DNA from: a virus
Taxonomy: Duplodnaviria > Caudoviricetes
IMG/VR virus record: IMGVR_UViG_3300017912_002925
Span: 1-26,311 of that record
Direction: 5' to 3' (one strand)
Length of the DNA: 26,311 bases
The stretch's first letter is position 1; every line of letters starts with the position of its first letter. Below, in pieces: positions 25,877 through 26,311 of the stretch. The position numbers were made by a program, and so were the translations under genes. Below the pieces are notes generated by a model. That model was not told the origin of the DNA, did no database searches, and saw only the letters and a list, made by a program, of their open reading frames with translations.

Positions 25877-26311
25877 TGTTCATCGAAACGATTGCCGCAA
25901 TACAACTCGCTAACGAGGCAATCAGTGGTATTAAACAACTTGCAGGCCACGTTACGTCTGTCGGTCAAATGGGCAAGCACCTCACTAAGCTTGCTGATGC
26001 AGAAGAAGAGATACAGCGTAAAGCAGACGCAGGATGTATGGACCACTTCTGGGCTTTAGAAGAGATAAAGCAAAAAAATTATGAGATAAAACAAATGTTT
26101 ATCTACGCCGGTCGCCCCGGCTTGTGGGAAGATTATCAGAAATTTATTAAGAACAGGAAACAACTGAAAGAAAATGAGAGAAAAAGAATTATCGCACAGA
26201 AGGCGCGTAGGAGCAAAAGAATTAAGGAATGGAGTCTTGGCATCACTATTGCCGTTGCCGCCCTTTCTGCTATTGGCATATGCAGTTACTTCCTATATTG
26301 GCTCATAAGTA
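25876..26311 (+). CDS. Hypothetical protein with a C-terminal TM helix, truncated by the window end
   Basis: TAATG-coupled ATG. MFIETIAAIQLANEAISGIK...MFIYAGRPGLWEDY...WSLGITIAVAALSAIGICSYFLYWLIS is open to the end of the window. Confidence 0.75.
   Translation, partial: MFIETIAAIQLANEAISGIKQLAGHVTSVGQMGKHLTKLADAEEEIQRKADAGCMDHFWALEEIKQKNYEIKQMFIYAGRPGLWEDYQKFIKNRKQLKENERKRIIAQKARRSKRIKEWSLGITIAVAALSAIGICSYFLYWLIS

Overview
This window is the virion morphogenesis region of a tailed dsDNA phage with podovirus-type (T7/P22-like short tail) organisation, resembling marine uncultured podophages. All genes are on the + strand and many have coupled stop/start codons. The order is: large terminase, a 658-aa protein with a divergent tyrosine-recombinase domain, portal (with an overlapping small gene), a modular 646-aa putative internal virion protein, scaffold, major capsid, capsid decoration protein, and a terminator fused to a promoter. 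After that come three small basic proteins, a GH24 lysozyme, small structural genes, a large repeat protein, adaptor/nozzle proteins, tail fibres and membrane proteins. Four observations stand out. (1) Three unrelated ORFs share an N-terminal 'YTER[WF]...MAxGG' leader with different synonymous codons, and related xxGG motifs separate the modules of the 646-aa protein, which ends in an effector-like domain; this suggests a cargo-tagging or processing system. (2) A recombinase with XerD-like catalytic spacing sits between terminase and portal. (3) A repeated, compensated RNA hairpin with a CUAC/CC internal loop surrounds the scaffold start. (4) Tail proteins carry a circularly permuted MAM domain and a nested cupredoxin-like domain. 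All family assignments come from motif recognition by eye; no searches were run.
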